A stretch of DNA of 63,487 nucleotides, filler included, from Rozella allomycis CSF55 (GCA_000442015.1; 12 parts of 12 records of this genome joined end to end with filler, not necessarily neighbours in it); one strand, 5' to 3'; shown: positions 12,232 to 24,718, numbered from the whole stretch's first letter. Notes: generated by a model from the sequence alone, not told the origin. Made by a program: numbers and translations.

Positions 12232-12660
12232 TTATTTATAATAATCTTTCAAATCAGCCAACACGAAGGAATGAGCCATGAGAATCTTAATTTCTTCCCT
12301 ACTAGGCTTCCTAAGGTTTAAACTGTCATAAAACATTAAATATACTGATACACTATTTTCTGTTAAATGAATATTATAAATATCTTCTATATTTTTTATG
12401 AATTTAGCCCAAAAGGGTATACTAACTCCTGGACATTCAAAAAATTTGTGGAAATTTGTACAAATTACATTCAAAGAACACCTTGTACAATGTCTGAGTA
12501 CATTAGAATCAAAATAGGAACTTTGAAAATCAGACTTTAAATGTCCACCAAATTGCAAATCTGATGGGCTGAAGGCTTAGTTTCCCACCATATTAACTTC
12601 CACNTTGCAAATCTGATGGGCTGAAGGCTTAGTTTCCCACCATATTAACTTCCACATCAA
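12232..12660 (-). mobile_element. Remnant of a non-LTR retrotransposon 3' end (zf-RVT-like)
   Basis: CTRCSLNVICTNFHKFFECPGVSIPFW, preceded in another frame by WKLIWWETKP. Confidence 0.5.
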
Positions 12661-12730
12661 TTTTTTTTAAAAAGACTCTTAATAGACCCTTACTTAGCAT
12701 GAGAATATAAACAAATGTAATACAAAAATG

Positions 12731-13164
12731 TTATTTATTATTGTCTATATGGGATATGCATTCAATGATACATTCATTTGAAATAAGGTTTGAACGATAT
12801 AAGTTCAATAAATGACACAGAAAGTTGTTACGAAGATTTTCATGAAGAATCGTCAATTTTGACTTTTGAGTAAATAAAAGGCATGCATCGTTTACGTGAA
12901 TGTTACCTAACGGTTTAAGATCCATGAAAAAAGTATTCCACATTTTCATCAAAGATTTCTCACTTGAATTTACATCAGAAAACTCATCAATGAACTGGTA
13001 ATTTGCAAAATAATATTTTACCATCCCATTTCTTGTTTTAAGCCACTCAACTGGAAAAGGGTCCATTGGCTTTTGAATGTCTTTAAAGGTCATAGTTCTA
13101 AAGGATTGAATATCAAAACATTCTCTATCATCATTGTAAATACTATTTTACATATCTTTCATAT
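12731..13164 (-). CDS. SUZ12: Polycomb SUZ12 homolog, C-terminal VEFS box (5' truncated)
   Basis: IDEFSDVNSSEKSLMKMWN...ACLLF...NLRNNFLCHLLNL...LIS matches the VEFS box. Confidence 0.85.
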
Positions 13165-13264
13165 NNNNNNNNNNNNNNNNNNNNNNNNNNNNNNNNNNNN
13201 NNNNNNNNTTAATTAATTAANNNNNNNNNNNNNNNNNNNNNNNNNNNNNNNNNNNNNNNNNNNN

Positions 13265-14477
13265 ACAGTCATTTTGTACAGGGGGTCGCATGGGATCCGT
13301 TGAACGAGTTTGTTATTTCTCAGAGCAGTGACAGGTAACAATGAGTAGTTACGTTGTTAGATCATTGAGAATTTATACTCTAAGTATTAGAAAGAATGTT
13401 ATTCACACAAATTGTATAAATAGATTTATGAAATTGCCAAAAGAAAGAGAAATTGTATTAAAGGATGAGAATGATGAAGAAATAAAACATAAAATGTTTA
13501 GAGTTTATCATGATGAAACTTTGGTTTCTTGGTATCGTCGATGTTCATTTTCTCCTGACGGAGCGTTTTTTGTTTCTCCTACGGGGACATTTAAACAAAG
13601 CGATTCAAATGAATATATTGAATCTGTTTATGTTTTCTCGAGAAATAAATTTAAACAGTAAGTCTATTGTTAATGAAAGAAAAGTAATCCATTTCTCGTC
13701 TTGACTGGGTTTCAAAAGCCAACCGTAGCTGTCAGATTCAGTCCGATCTTTTACGAATTAATTCCAGAAAATAGTAAACATGAATCAATAATTTTATAGA
13801 AAATGTTTCAACGTTGAGTTACAGATGCATTTTTGCAGTTTTGTCACAAGAAAGTGTTTTCATCTACGACACACAATCATTTCAAGTCTTGACTATAATT
13901 AAAGATCTTCATTATTCTCATCTAACTGACTTGGCTTGGTCTAATGATGGTCAATCCATCTTAATATCTTCCAACGACGGTTTTGTGTCACTAGTGTCAT
14001 TCCAAGAAAATGAATTAGGCTCAAAGTTAGCCATCCAGCCAGAAATAAAACCAAAGGTACCAAATAATCCTTCAGTTCATCATTAGGAAATTCCAGTCAT
14101 TTTATCCAAAAAGAAAAAAGAAAAGGAACCTGTCCAGGCAACTCCTGATGCAAATTCAATCATTGTAGACAACGATCAAGAAGATGAAGTTAAAGAAATG
14201 GTACTAGAAGAAATTTCTCTAAACGTCCCTATTCAATCCATGTCAGATGTCCTGCCAAAGAAAAGAATTCAACCNTATCATTTTATCCAAAAAGAAAAAG
14301 GAAAAGGAAGCTGTCCAGGCAATTCCAGATGCAAATTCAATCATTGTAGACAACGATCAAGAAGATGATGCTAAAGAAATGGTACTAGAAGAAATTTCTC
14401 TAAATGTCCCTATTCAATCCATGTCAGATGCCCAACCAAAGAAAAGAATTCAACCCACATTCGTATCTGAATTATAA
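13265..14477 (+). CDS. CAC2: Chromatin assembly factor 1 subunit B (p60/Cac2), 5' truncated
   Basis: HFVQGVAWDPLNEF..QSSDR, YHDETL..RRCSFSPDG, VAVRFSP, YDTQ..LHYSHLTDLAWS, C-terminal KKRIQPTF B-domain-like motif. Confidence 0.88.
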
Positions 14478-14574
14478 ACATTTTTTATTTATTTTTTCTT
14501 TGATTTACAAATGTCAAAAACCTTTTCCCATCAGTGATATTTCTTTTGTAATTTGAGAAATTTATAAAATTCAA

Positions 14575-15335
14575 ATGTCAACATTTTTTGATAAGGTTCC
14601 ACGAAAATTTCAAGATGTTTCAGTAATCGATCAAAAAATAAAGGCAGCGGAGTTTCTTGAAGCATCATCTGGCCTCGTTCAGCTATTTGGTAATAGATTC
14701 CCATGTAGATGTTTAGATATCCTCGGCTCGACTGCATTCAGTCCGGTAAAGTCCGATATGAATGGAAATATCTCAAAGATCCGCAAGTTTCTGGATGAAA
14801 ATACAGGTGTTGTCACTCTTCAAGATATGGTCGAATTGGAAAGCAAATCAAAGAGTAACACTGCTACCGAAGCTTTATTGTGGTTGAAGAGGTAACATAA
14901 AGAGGTTGGGTTTATCAGGGCTCTTGAATTTACCGCACTTTCGATCAGATATAATGTTGACAATAANATGTGGTTGAAGAGGTAACAAAATGAGATTCTG
15001 TTTATTAGGGCTCTTGAATTTACTGCACTGTCGATCAGATATAATGTTGACAATAAGAGTGAAGAATTGTCAGCCTCATTTAATAAGGGCTACGAGTCAA
15101 CACTAAAGAAACATCATGGAATGCTTGTCAGGCCCATATTTTATGTAAATTATTCTCTCTCAAATAATAGGTTGCATTAAAAGCTTGCCCAAACAGGGCA
15201 GATTTCTACAAGAAACTTGGCGACGATCTTAACACCGTGATGGAACAATTAGAAGCCTGGCTAAAAGCATTAGAAGAAATCTTGAAAATTTTAATTGAAT
15301 TTTACATTCAAATTGGCCAAGAAAAAGCAAAATAA
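14575..15335 (+). CDS. Glycolipid transfer protein (GLTP/HET-C2 family)
   Basis: FLEAS..LVQLFDILGSTAFSPVKSDMNGNISKIR, ATEALLWLKRALEF, TLKKHHG, ACPNRADFYKKLG. Confidence 0.92.
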
Positions 15336-15592
15336 ACCGCTTAGATTGATTTATTATTTGAAGGTTGTCTTTCCTGCAATTGTTTGAATTTCTACCAGCT
15401 GGCCATTTTGAAATGAGGTTTGACTGAGCGACGCTTTAATCAAAAACCTTGCTACTTCAGACAATGGTGTCCAGGAAGAGAAATCTGCGTCTGGCATGGC
15501 TTTTCTATTGGCAGGTGTATCCAGCGTTATACTATCAACCCCTAAAGAACTATTTNGCAAGAAAAAGCAAAATAAACCGCTTAGATTGATTT

Positions 15593-16424
15593 TTATTTGA
15601 AAGTTGTCTTTCCTGCAATTGTTTGAATTTCAACTAACTGGCCGTTCTGAACTGAGGTTTGATTGAGCGATGCTTTAATTAAAAAGCTTGCTACTTCAGA
15701 CAATGGCGTCCAGGAAGAGAAATCTGCGTCTGACATAGCTTTTCTATTGGTAGGTGTATCCAATGTGATGCTATTGCATTCAAAAGAAGTATTTACGGTA
15801 ATATAGCAATGACTTTAGAATTCTTTGGAAGCCCTGAACTTGGACATGATAAACTCTGGACAAGGTTGTGTACCGCTGATTTTGCCATCCCATAACCAAT
15901 CATTCCCGGTGTTCCATTCTTTGCCGCGGACGCACCAGTAAATACAAGCAAACCGTCCCTTTTAAAATCAATTACTGATCTTACTCTTGCAAGAATGAAG
16001 ATGCAATCTTTGCAGCTATCGCTGAAGACGCGACACTTTGTTTCCACATTTTCTCCACAGACTCAAGAAACCCTTTGCATACAATTACAATTCATTACCT
16101 TCATCCGAAGCGTTACCGCCAGCCCATCCTATTATACAATTTCAAAATCATCAATTACCACCAGCGACACAAAAAATGCCCTTGATCTTATCGCTCCCTG
16201 CAAATTCTTTGATTTGTGTGAAAGCAATATCGTATTGACTCTGCAATGGCTCATCAAAAGCCATTATTAAATTGTATTTTGTGTGAGGAGAGTTTGTTAA
16301 ATCTATACTCAAAACTTTCTATATAAAGTAGGGGGTAACAATTTACATGATTGGATGCAATCAGTGATTCGACCAAAGTACTCCCTAAAGCACCTGTACC
16401 TCCGTAGACAATGAACTTTGACAT
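15593..16424 (-). CDS. QDPR: Dihydropteridine reductase (a second-allele 3' end lies at 15354-15555 and a second-allele 5' end at 16670-16772)
   Basis: [65 protein letters not shown]. Confidence 0.93.
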
Positions 16425-16984
16425 GAAATTTATCAATGGTAAATTTCTTAATTTATTCTTAGGAGACAAGGACGACTAATTTGTGGCTTGTTTGATTCAA
16501 TATTATATGCCATTGGGAATAGCCAGTTATTGAAGTGCTAAAGCCATTCCCTTATCCCCTAATACATGATCACTTTTCAATTTGAGACTAATTTTCTGTT
16601 TTCAACAAAGGGCAAACCTAGCCACTCACCAGGGTTATTTCCAAATGTTTTGTGCTAGTAAGTATCCTNCCTAACGTAGGGGGTAATAATTTACGTAATT
16701 GAATGCAACCAGTGATTCGACCAAAGTACTGCCTAAAGCACCTGTACCTCCGTAGACAATGAACTTTGACATGAAATTTATCAATGGTAAATTTCTTAAT
16801 TTATTCTTGGGAGACAACGACTAATTGGTGGCTTGTTTGATTCAATATTATATTGAATGTGGAATAGCCAGTTATTGAGTGGTAAAGCCATTCCCTCCTT
16901 AATACATGATCCCTTTTCAATCTGAGACCAATTTTCTGTTTTCAACAAAGGGCAAACTTAGCCACTCACCAGGGTTATTTCCAA

Positions 16985-17515
16985 ATGTTTTGTGCTAGTA
17001 AGTATCCTTTCCTTGTATTTTATTTGTCTCTTTGCAATTATTTAAATGAAATATTGGAGCATACTAAATTTTAGTATCAGGAGAAGTTCCACAGGAGCCA
17101 GTCGTTTCATCATTAACAGGCCATGTGTATGAACGGCGTTTAATAGAAAAGCATATCCAAGAGACGGGAAAGTGTCCTATGAGTGGAGAGCCTATGACTA
17201 TGGAGAACCTTATTGCTGTCAAAAGTAACAAAATTTGTGGGGGAATATAGCGAATCCTTTGATCAAGCCTAGACCACCGCAAGCGACGAGTGTGCCGTCT
17301 ATTTTAACGATGCTGCAGCTTGAATGGGATGCATTGATGTTGGAAAGCCATCAGATGAAGACAGTTTTGGAGAGGACTAGGGAGGAATTGGCTGCTGCGT
17401 TGTACCAAAATGATGCTGCCAAGAGAGTTATTGCGCGATTGATTAAAGAGCGGGATGATGCTAAGAATGCTGTTGCAAATTACCAAGTGGGCGAGCAAGT
17501 GCAGCAAGAGGCTGC
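16985..17515 (+). CDS. PRP19: Pre-mRNA splicing factor Prp19 (U-box), 3' truncated
   Basis: MFCA/SGEVPQEPVVS..GHVYERRLIEKHI..GKCP, PRPPQATSVPSIL..LQLEWDALMLE, LYQNDAAKRVIARL. Confidence 0.95.
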
Positions 17516-17615
17516 NNNNNNNNNNNNNNNNNNNNNNNNNNNNNNNNNNNNNNNNNNNNTTAATTAATTAANNNNNNNNNNNNNNNNNNNNNNNNNNNNN
17601 NNNNNNNNNNNNNNN

Positions 17616-19011
17616 ATAGAAAGAACTGAAGTATTTTTGGAAGTTTATGGCAATTTAATGCTGAGAACAAAAACTAATGAATACCTCTGTCAGTTGATTA
17701 CCCGGTTATTAAAGTAATGTCGCATCTAATTTGTTCTAGAGATTTAAATGAAGAGACGAGTATCATTAATAGGGTATTTAATTTGCAGAGATTAAAGTTC
17801 CGTGAACGCGATGACATTGAGTTTACTCTGAATTACTGGAGAGATGTAAAAAGGCCATGTAGATTGAATGAACTTTGGGATGATAGATTGAAAAGGTATC
17901 TAGGGGTTAGATATGACTGCAAAGAGAATGTGTTTGATTGGGATTTTCACATGAAATTGGTTAATCAAGTAAGTGAATTTGATGAATTCAAACAGATTCC
18001 AAGCTTTAATAAAGAAGAATATATGAGATGGCGAAAAGATGGAATTGCATTCAAAGTTCGTAATTGCACCTATGATAGAGTTAATAGAACGCTTTCCAGT
18101 GCTAGACCTCTTAATGACGTAAAATTTAAGAAAGTAAATTTTAGAGAGGAAATATTTCTATGAAATGGGGATACTTTAGCGACATTGTTCAAAGTCCGTT
18201 AATCCCCTTTGGGGCGGAAAGCGACAATGAGGAACTCTTCAAAACTTCAAATAACATTTACGTTAAGGTACATCAGAGTACATTTGATTTATATAGAAAA
18301 CAAGTGACATTGCTAATTATAATTTATCTTCCTATCTTACTTCAATTTCAAACGCTAATCTTTGGTCGAAGGTCAAGTTTCATATTTTGCCCGGTGACGA
18401 GAACTACGTGCTAAGGCAACGTGAATTCAAATATAAATTTGATTGCATTTATTTTGGAACATCTCTTGTACACAGACTAGAGACAAATTGGAGTGAATGT
18501 CTATCTCCTTCAGGAATCATAGTTGCTGAACTAGNTCAATGAGGAACTTTTCAAAACTTCAAATAACATTTACGTTAAGGTACATCAGACTAAATTCGAT
18601 TTATAATAGAAAACAAGTGACATTGCTAATTATAATTTATCTTCCTATCTTACTTCAATTTCAAACGCTAATTTTTGGTCGAAGGTCAAGTTTCATATTT
18701 TGCCCGGTGACGAGAAGTATGTGCTAAGGCAACGTGAATTCAAATATAAATTTGATTGCATTTATTTTGGGACATCTCTTGTACACAGACTAGAGAAAAA
18801 TTGGAGTGAATGTCTATCTCCTTCAGGAATCATAATTGCTGAACTAGCAAAGTAAAAAGATCAACAAATGATTTTACATAGCTACCTTTTAGATTTAAAT
18901 AATTCTCAAAAAGATCAGTTTGAGTCAAAAATTATTGAAATGCTGAATTCCAATGGATTCGAAGCCAATAAAATTTCTCATCACATATCGGCAACTAAAA
19001 TTAATAAATAG
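17616..19011 (+). CDS. DNAAF3: Dynein axonemal assembly factor 3 (PF22), 5' truncated
   Basis: FLEVYGN, LKFRERDDIE, WDDRLKRYLGVRYD...FDWD, WR..GIAF, NRTL, GYFSDIVQSP..PFG. Confidence 0.85.
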
Positions 19012-19373
19012 ACTTCTCGTCATGATATCAATTATCTGTTTGATAATACATTGAACTCCATTAGTCAAAAATATAGTATGACGTAAAAGAGATTTAGAGT
19101 TAGTTGTTATTAAGAGATGAGAAAACTAAATTCATTTTCGTGCTCGCAAAAAATATAAACACAGACGCAACATATATCATCGATCTCAGAAAGTGACCTC
19201 ATATTATATATTAAAGTAACTTTGTGTTGGCAAGAACACCTTATGGGTACAGCAAGCCGAGTTTCAAAATTTTTATTAAGGAGGTGCTGGGAATTTGTTT
19301 GGCCCACCAAAGATATAGTTAATAGAATGCTTGAAACACCACAACCGAATGATGAGGATGATAGGTTTTATTT

Positions 19374-20484
19374 TTAGATTACTATTTTGCTAGTTTCATC
19401 ATTTGATTTCACACTTGCCATTTGTTTGTACTGTTCGACTAGAGCGTAAATTTCTTCTTGGACAATATTCAAAGAAGATTGCAAAGCTTCGGACGATATA
19501 CTCAAAATCACTTCCGTGCTAAGATACTCAAATGGGTTTGCTTCAATCTTTTCAACTGCATATGAATTGACATAGATATGTTACTTAATTCTTGTTTTTG
19601 TCGATGTTTTAATTGTCTTAATTCTTCTGCCTGCAATTTTCCATAATGATTGTTACCTTTAGTAACTGATATTCTTTATATTTTAATGCGTCACGAAGTG
19701 GAGGAAATTTTGGGTGTATTGATACCTCAAGAGATAAATTTATAGCCTCTTCATCTTGTTTTTGAGATGTGACAAATTGAAATAGTTTGTAATGTTGGTA
19801 AAAACTATTGTATTCGAAATAATGTTTTACACTCTAACAAAGAACTGTATTATGTTTTTGGTAAGATGCACGTCAATCAAAGTCAATTTTGTTACAGAAG
19901 GATCACTTAAATAAAGTCCGTTCGCATTTATTTGTTTTGAAGCTAAATTTTGTACTAGATTCTTAAATTCAGAGAGAGAAAACTCTAGTGACATTCTGTT
20001 ATCACTACAATGTTCCATCACATATTTAAACAGATAAAATATAATTCCTGTTTGATATGGAAGCAATGAGTTTTCTTTGCAAAACACTAGAGCGGAATGA
20101 TAATACGTTTCGATAATATTCGATCTTAGGTCGGTGGAATAATCTGTGATATTCAATTTTTCAGATAGGAGTCTTATAAAATGTTAAGTGTTTCCTTACT
20201 CAACTATTTCCTCATTAGATTCAGTATTTAAGAGCTTTTGAATATGCTCATAATCAAAAACAGCCCACGGAAGTTGATTGCTCACTGTTACCTTCTCAAA
20301 TTCTTTCTAACTTTGGGTGAATAATCTTATGTACGTCAACTATTGAATCTTGTTGAGATTGGGAAAGTGACTCCTTTTTCTTTTTATCTTTTGCACTGCC
20401 CGTACTCTTCGCAGAAGATGTGTTCTTGTTCTTATTTTGGGCAAGGTTCTTCTTTCCCGCCGAAGAAGTCTTTGTCGAAGACAT
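19374..20484 (-). CDS. Flagellar C1a-32/CLAMP-family (CABCOCO1/CFAP119-like) protein
   Basis: DLRSNII..YY..AL.FCKEN...YQ, FYQHYKLFQF, PPLRDA; five 26-29 nt introns. Confidence 0.6.
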
Positions 20485-20706
20485 AAACAAAACATCAAAA
20501 CAAAAATTCCAGATCAAACAATAGATTTATTACAGTCAATTTATCATATGCTACGTGATATGGAGTACTTCTAATACTTCAAACACCTTTACTTCCACTT
20601 CTTTTCNNNNNNNNNNNNNNNNNNNNNNNNNNNNNNNNNNNNNNNNNNNNTTAATTAATTAANNNNNNNNNNNNNNNNNNNNNNNNNNNNNNNNNNNNNN
20701 NNNNNN

Positions 20707-21770
20707 GTTATTTCTATAACTAATTTGGGAAAATGTAATAGTTATTTATACATTGATAAAAGCATATAAAGTTTTTGGTAGTGACCAACATGTCACTGCT
20801 CTAAAAGAGTTAAATCTCAATTATAGTTCACCGTTCCCTCCAATTCGAAAAGGCGAATTTGTCATTTTAAGGGGACCAAGTGGTGGTGGCAAAACTACTC
20901 TTCTCAACATGATAGGAACAATAGATGTCCCAACAACAGGGACGATCAGTAAATCCATTTGCGTTTAATAATTGATATAATGAATGAAAACGTGGACAAC
21001 AATTCATCAGACAGCTTTCTGGCGAATTTAAGATTGTGTAAAATAGGCTTTGTATTTCAAACGTTTAATCTCCTGGCCACAATGTCAGCCTTTGAAAATG
21101 TAGAGCTACCTATGACTATACTTGGAAAATTGAACCCTAAAGAAAGGAAAGAAAGGGTGGAAATGTTATTGAGATTGGTTGGACTACAAGATAGAATGGC
21201 CCATTTGGTAAAAAGTCAAACTGGATTTAATAGCCATCTGAGTTGTCTGGAGGAGAACAACAAAGAGTGTAAGGCCGTAGTTTCATNAAGATTGGTTGGA
21301 CTACAAGATAGAATGGCCCATCTGGTAAAAAGTCGCATCAATTTTTAATAGCCTTCTGAGTTGTCTGGAGGAGAACAACAAAGAGTGTAAGGCCGTAGTT
21401 TCATAAATACAGTACCATCGCAAGATCAATGGCAAATGACCCAAATATATTGTTGTTAGATGAGCCAACCGGTGATCTTGATACATTTAACACGGTTGAG
21501 ATCATGGATCTGCTTTTAAAAATAAATCTTGAAAAGAAAACAACTTGCGTGATGGTGCAGTCACAATTTTAGTTTAAATTAGGTAACCCACAATCCAGAT
21601 GTCGAGTGTTATGCTGACAGAATTTTGTATTTAGAAGATGGGAAATTTGTAAAGCAGGTCTACAATAGAATACAAGTGGCTCTTGTATTTGAAGATTATA
21701 ATGGTAATACTAATTCAATGGATGAATAGAATACCTTAAGAATCAAGATCTAAATAAACAAAATCATTAA
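20707..21770 (+). CDS. LolD/MacB-like ABC ATPase (ABCH-type), 5' truncated
   Basis: [48 protein letters not shown]; six tiny introns. Confidence 0.9.
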
Positions 21771-21870
21771 GATTTATGGTTCTCACAAATGCTACTTATT
21801 GTAACTTACTAAAACAATAAAATCATATTCATACAAGAAATAAATTTTCTCTATTAGGAATAAAAAGATA

Positions 21871-21887
21871 CGCTCCATGGTGGACTC

Positions 21888-21927
<40 letters not shown>

Positions 21928-21944
21928 AATTGCGCCAATAGAGC
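21871..21944 (-). tRNA. tRNA-Asn (GTT)
   Basis: GCTCTATTGGCGCAATTGGTTAGCGCGTTCGGCTGTTAACCGAAAGGTTGGTGGTTCGAGTCCACCATGGAGCG folds as a cloverleaf with anticodon GTT. Confidence 0.96.
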
Positions 21945-22122
21945 TGATCATCATAGAAATAAAAACAAATTTGTTTATTCCACAGTTCTATTTTGTCTTT
22001 TTTGAAACAATCTGTATGCATTGTAGATAAACCTGATAAATGAATAAAATATATCATTGTGTGCCATTAAAGCAGTAATTTTGTATTTTGNTTCATGTTG
22101 CAAAAAGAAATAAATTTATTTG

Positions 22123-22667
22123 TTAAACTGTTTTATTTGGTCGTTTTTGAAACAATCTGTATGCATGGTAGATAAACCTGATAATTGAATAAAATATATC
22201 ATTGTGTGCCATTAAAGCAGTAATTTTGTATTTTGGAAGGTGTGAATACACCAGAATATAAGCGTCAATGCCTTTTGCAAGTTTTCCATTTACCTCTTTG
22301 GCGTGCAATTCATATAAGAGTTCATCTGTTGAAAGCTCTTGTCCTTTCGAATTTCTTACTCTTGGTATATCCATTTTGTTTTCAATTCTTTGAGGTATAT
22401 CAATAAATTCGATTACATTGTCCCGATCGTCATGTCTTAACAGATTTAGCACAAATCGTCTTTTCGAATGCCACCATACTGTAACTTTTTTCTTATTCTG
22501 AACGCTGCTATATTTATTAAGGGAATAGCAGAATTTGGAATGTATTATNATCTTTTCGAATGCCACCATACTGTAACTTTTTTCTTATTTTGAACGCTGC
22601 TATATTTATTAAGGGAATAGCAGAATTTGGAATGTATTATATTAGTCTTGAGAAAATTTGATTTCAT
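22123..22667 (-). CDS. DCC1/DUF393-like thiol-disulfide oxidoreductase homolog, CxxC absent in the main frame
   Basis: D..NVIEFIDI, LHAKEVNGKLAKGIDAYILVYSHLP, IY.AY..F pattern; N-terminal presequence-like region. Confidence 0.6.
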
Positions 22668-22704
22668 AAGAATTCCTAAATTTCTGTAGTTTGTTTTGAG
22701 AACA

Positions 22705-24312
22705 ATGTCATCTCCGCGACGTCGTTCATCTGGCTCTCAACCATCATCTCCTTGGAGAGAAAATAGAAAAAATGTTGCAATTGTTGGCGGTGGATTAGTC
22801 GGCCTATTGTCAGCAATATACTTTTCCAAGAGGCATTTTGCTATCGATGTATATGAGAAGCGAAAAGACGCCAGAAATGATAAATTAATTTCAGACAGAA
22901 GTATTAATTTGGCACTTTCTTCTCGCGGCATTGAAGCTTTGAGGAAAGTTGGCTTGGCAAAAGATGTACTTGACAATGCGATACCTATGAAGGGGAGAAT
23001 GTAATTTATGGATTTCTTGTAAATTCCTTAGGATACACGATAAAAGTGGGAAAACAAATATTCAGTCATATGGCATGTTTGGCCAAGTAAATTAGAAAGG
23101 TTGACAAACAAAGGTGGTATATTCAATTGGCCGACAAAAGTTGCATGATATATTGTTAGAGATGGTAGATTCGCTTCCTAATGTTAATCTGCACTTTGAA
23201 AATGAAGCACGAGAAATTGATTTGGATTCATCTAAAATTGTGCTTCATGATAAAGATCTTAACCAACTGTCTGATATTTATCCTGATATGGTTGTAGGAA
23301 CAGACGGAGCATATTCGTCTGTAAGAAGAGCAATAATGAAGAAGGAAAAGTAATCGATATATTAAAAATGGAAAGAATGAACTTTCACCAAGAATATTCT
23401 AATCATGGCTACAAAGAATTAACAATTCCACCTACTTCTACGGGACAGTTTGCTATTAAACCAAATTATCTTCATATTTGGCCAAGAAACGATTTTATGA
23501 TAATTGCACTACCCAATCAAGTAAAAAATGAGAGTCATGCATACCAAGGATAAATCATTTACATGCACATGCTTTTTCAAATATGAATTATTTGAAAAGC
23601 TTTCAGACTCTTTGATGATTTCAGAATTTTTCAAAAAGGAATTTCCCGACCTTTTGAAAGTAATTGGAAAAGACAGGTTGATAAATGATTTCAAATCGAA
23701 TCCATTAGGACCCCTTTTAACAATCAAAGTATTTATTATTTTTAATGTTTACCAGTGTCACCCTTACAATCACAAGGACAAGGCTATCATTCTTGGTGAT
23801 GCAGCCCATTGCATGGTTCCATTTTATGGGCAAGGACTGAATTGTGGATTTGAAGATGTGAAGACACTGTTTAGACTTATTGAGAAATATGAAGATGATT
23901 ATGAATTGGCTTTCAATACATTTTCAAGAATTAGACACAAAGACGCTGTGGCAATTTGTGATCTTTCTCTTGAAAACTATACGGAAATGAGTTCATCAGT
24001 AAAAAATATTTAATAGAACAACAGGTTCTTTCGCCTTTTTATAAGATTGAAAGATCAATTGTTAATGGGTTGCATTGGCTATTTCCAACTAAAATAATTC
24101 CGCTGTATACAATGGTATCATTTTCGCAAATCTCTTACCATAATGTGGTGAAAAAGAATAGAACTCAAAAACTCTTGATCCGATTAGGAATGGTAGCAAT
24201 TACAGCAGGCTCAACTTTAGCTCTGTCGTCAATACTATTAAAAAGAGGATTTGGTAAGGCATGCGTTTCTACATGCATGTCGATAGTTTCAAAATGCTGG
24301 GATAAAAAATAA
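22705..24312 (+). CDS. BNA4: Kynurenine 3-monooxygenase
   Basis: [73 protein letters not shown]-terminal TM. Confidence 0.95.
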
Positions 24313-24338
24313 ATATCTTCTATTATGATTCAAATTTT

Positions 24339-24718
24339 TTATTGTGCAGAAGCTTTAGAGACCTTGACATTTGTTCTGAATCCATTCTTGAACTTGCGTG
24401 GAAGATCTTTCAAGTATCTCATTCTTCCAGTTCCAGTAGTCTTTCTACGTTGAGCCTTGGCACCCCAGTTGTCTACAGGTTAGATCTGTTGTTATAATAT
24501 AATAAAAAATATTAAAAGTTTCAAATGTTCGAAAATAAAATACTTACAGTTACGGAGTTTGGCACTTGGATAAGCGCACTGAGCGCAAGTCTTCTTTTGG
24601 TAGTGGAAAGAGCGGCGTCCACATCTTGGGCACAATCCGTGTGATTTAGTATGGCGTTTACCGAAACTAGTTGTACCTTTGGTCTATAAATGACGTTAAA
24701 AAGTAAAAAGGTTACCAT
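24339..24718 (-). CDS. RPL37: 60S ribosomal protein L37 (eL37)
   Basis: [62 protein letters not shown]. Confidence 0.97.

Noticed and set aside
14881-15060. Tandem exon duplications suggesting mutually exclusive splicing (GLTP, QDPR, DNAAF3, ABC, GLO3)
   Set aside because: Each sits on a single-N join and breaks mid-exon; best explained as uncollapsed alleles.
24473-24547. Intronic C/D snoRNAs in the 75-78 nt introns
   Set aside because: No TGATGA/CTGA box pair on the sense strand of the three long introns.
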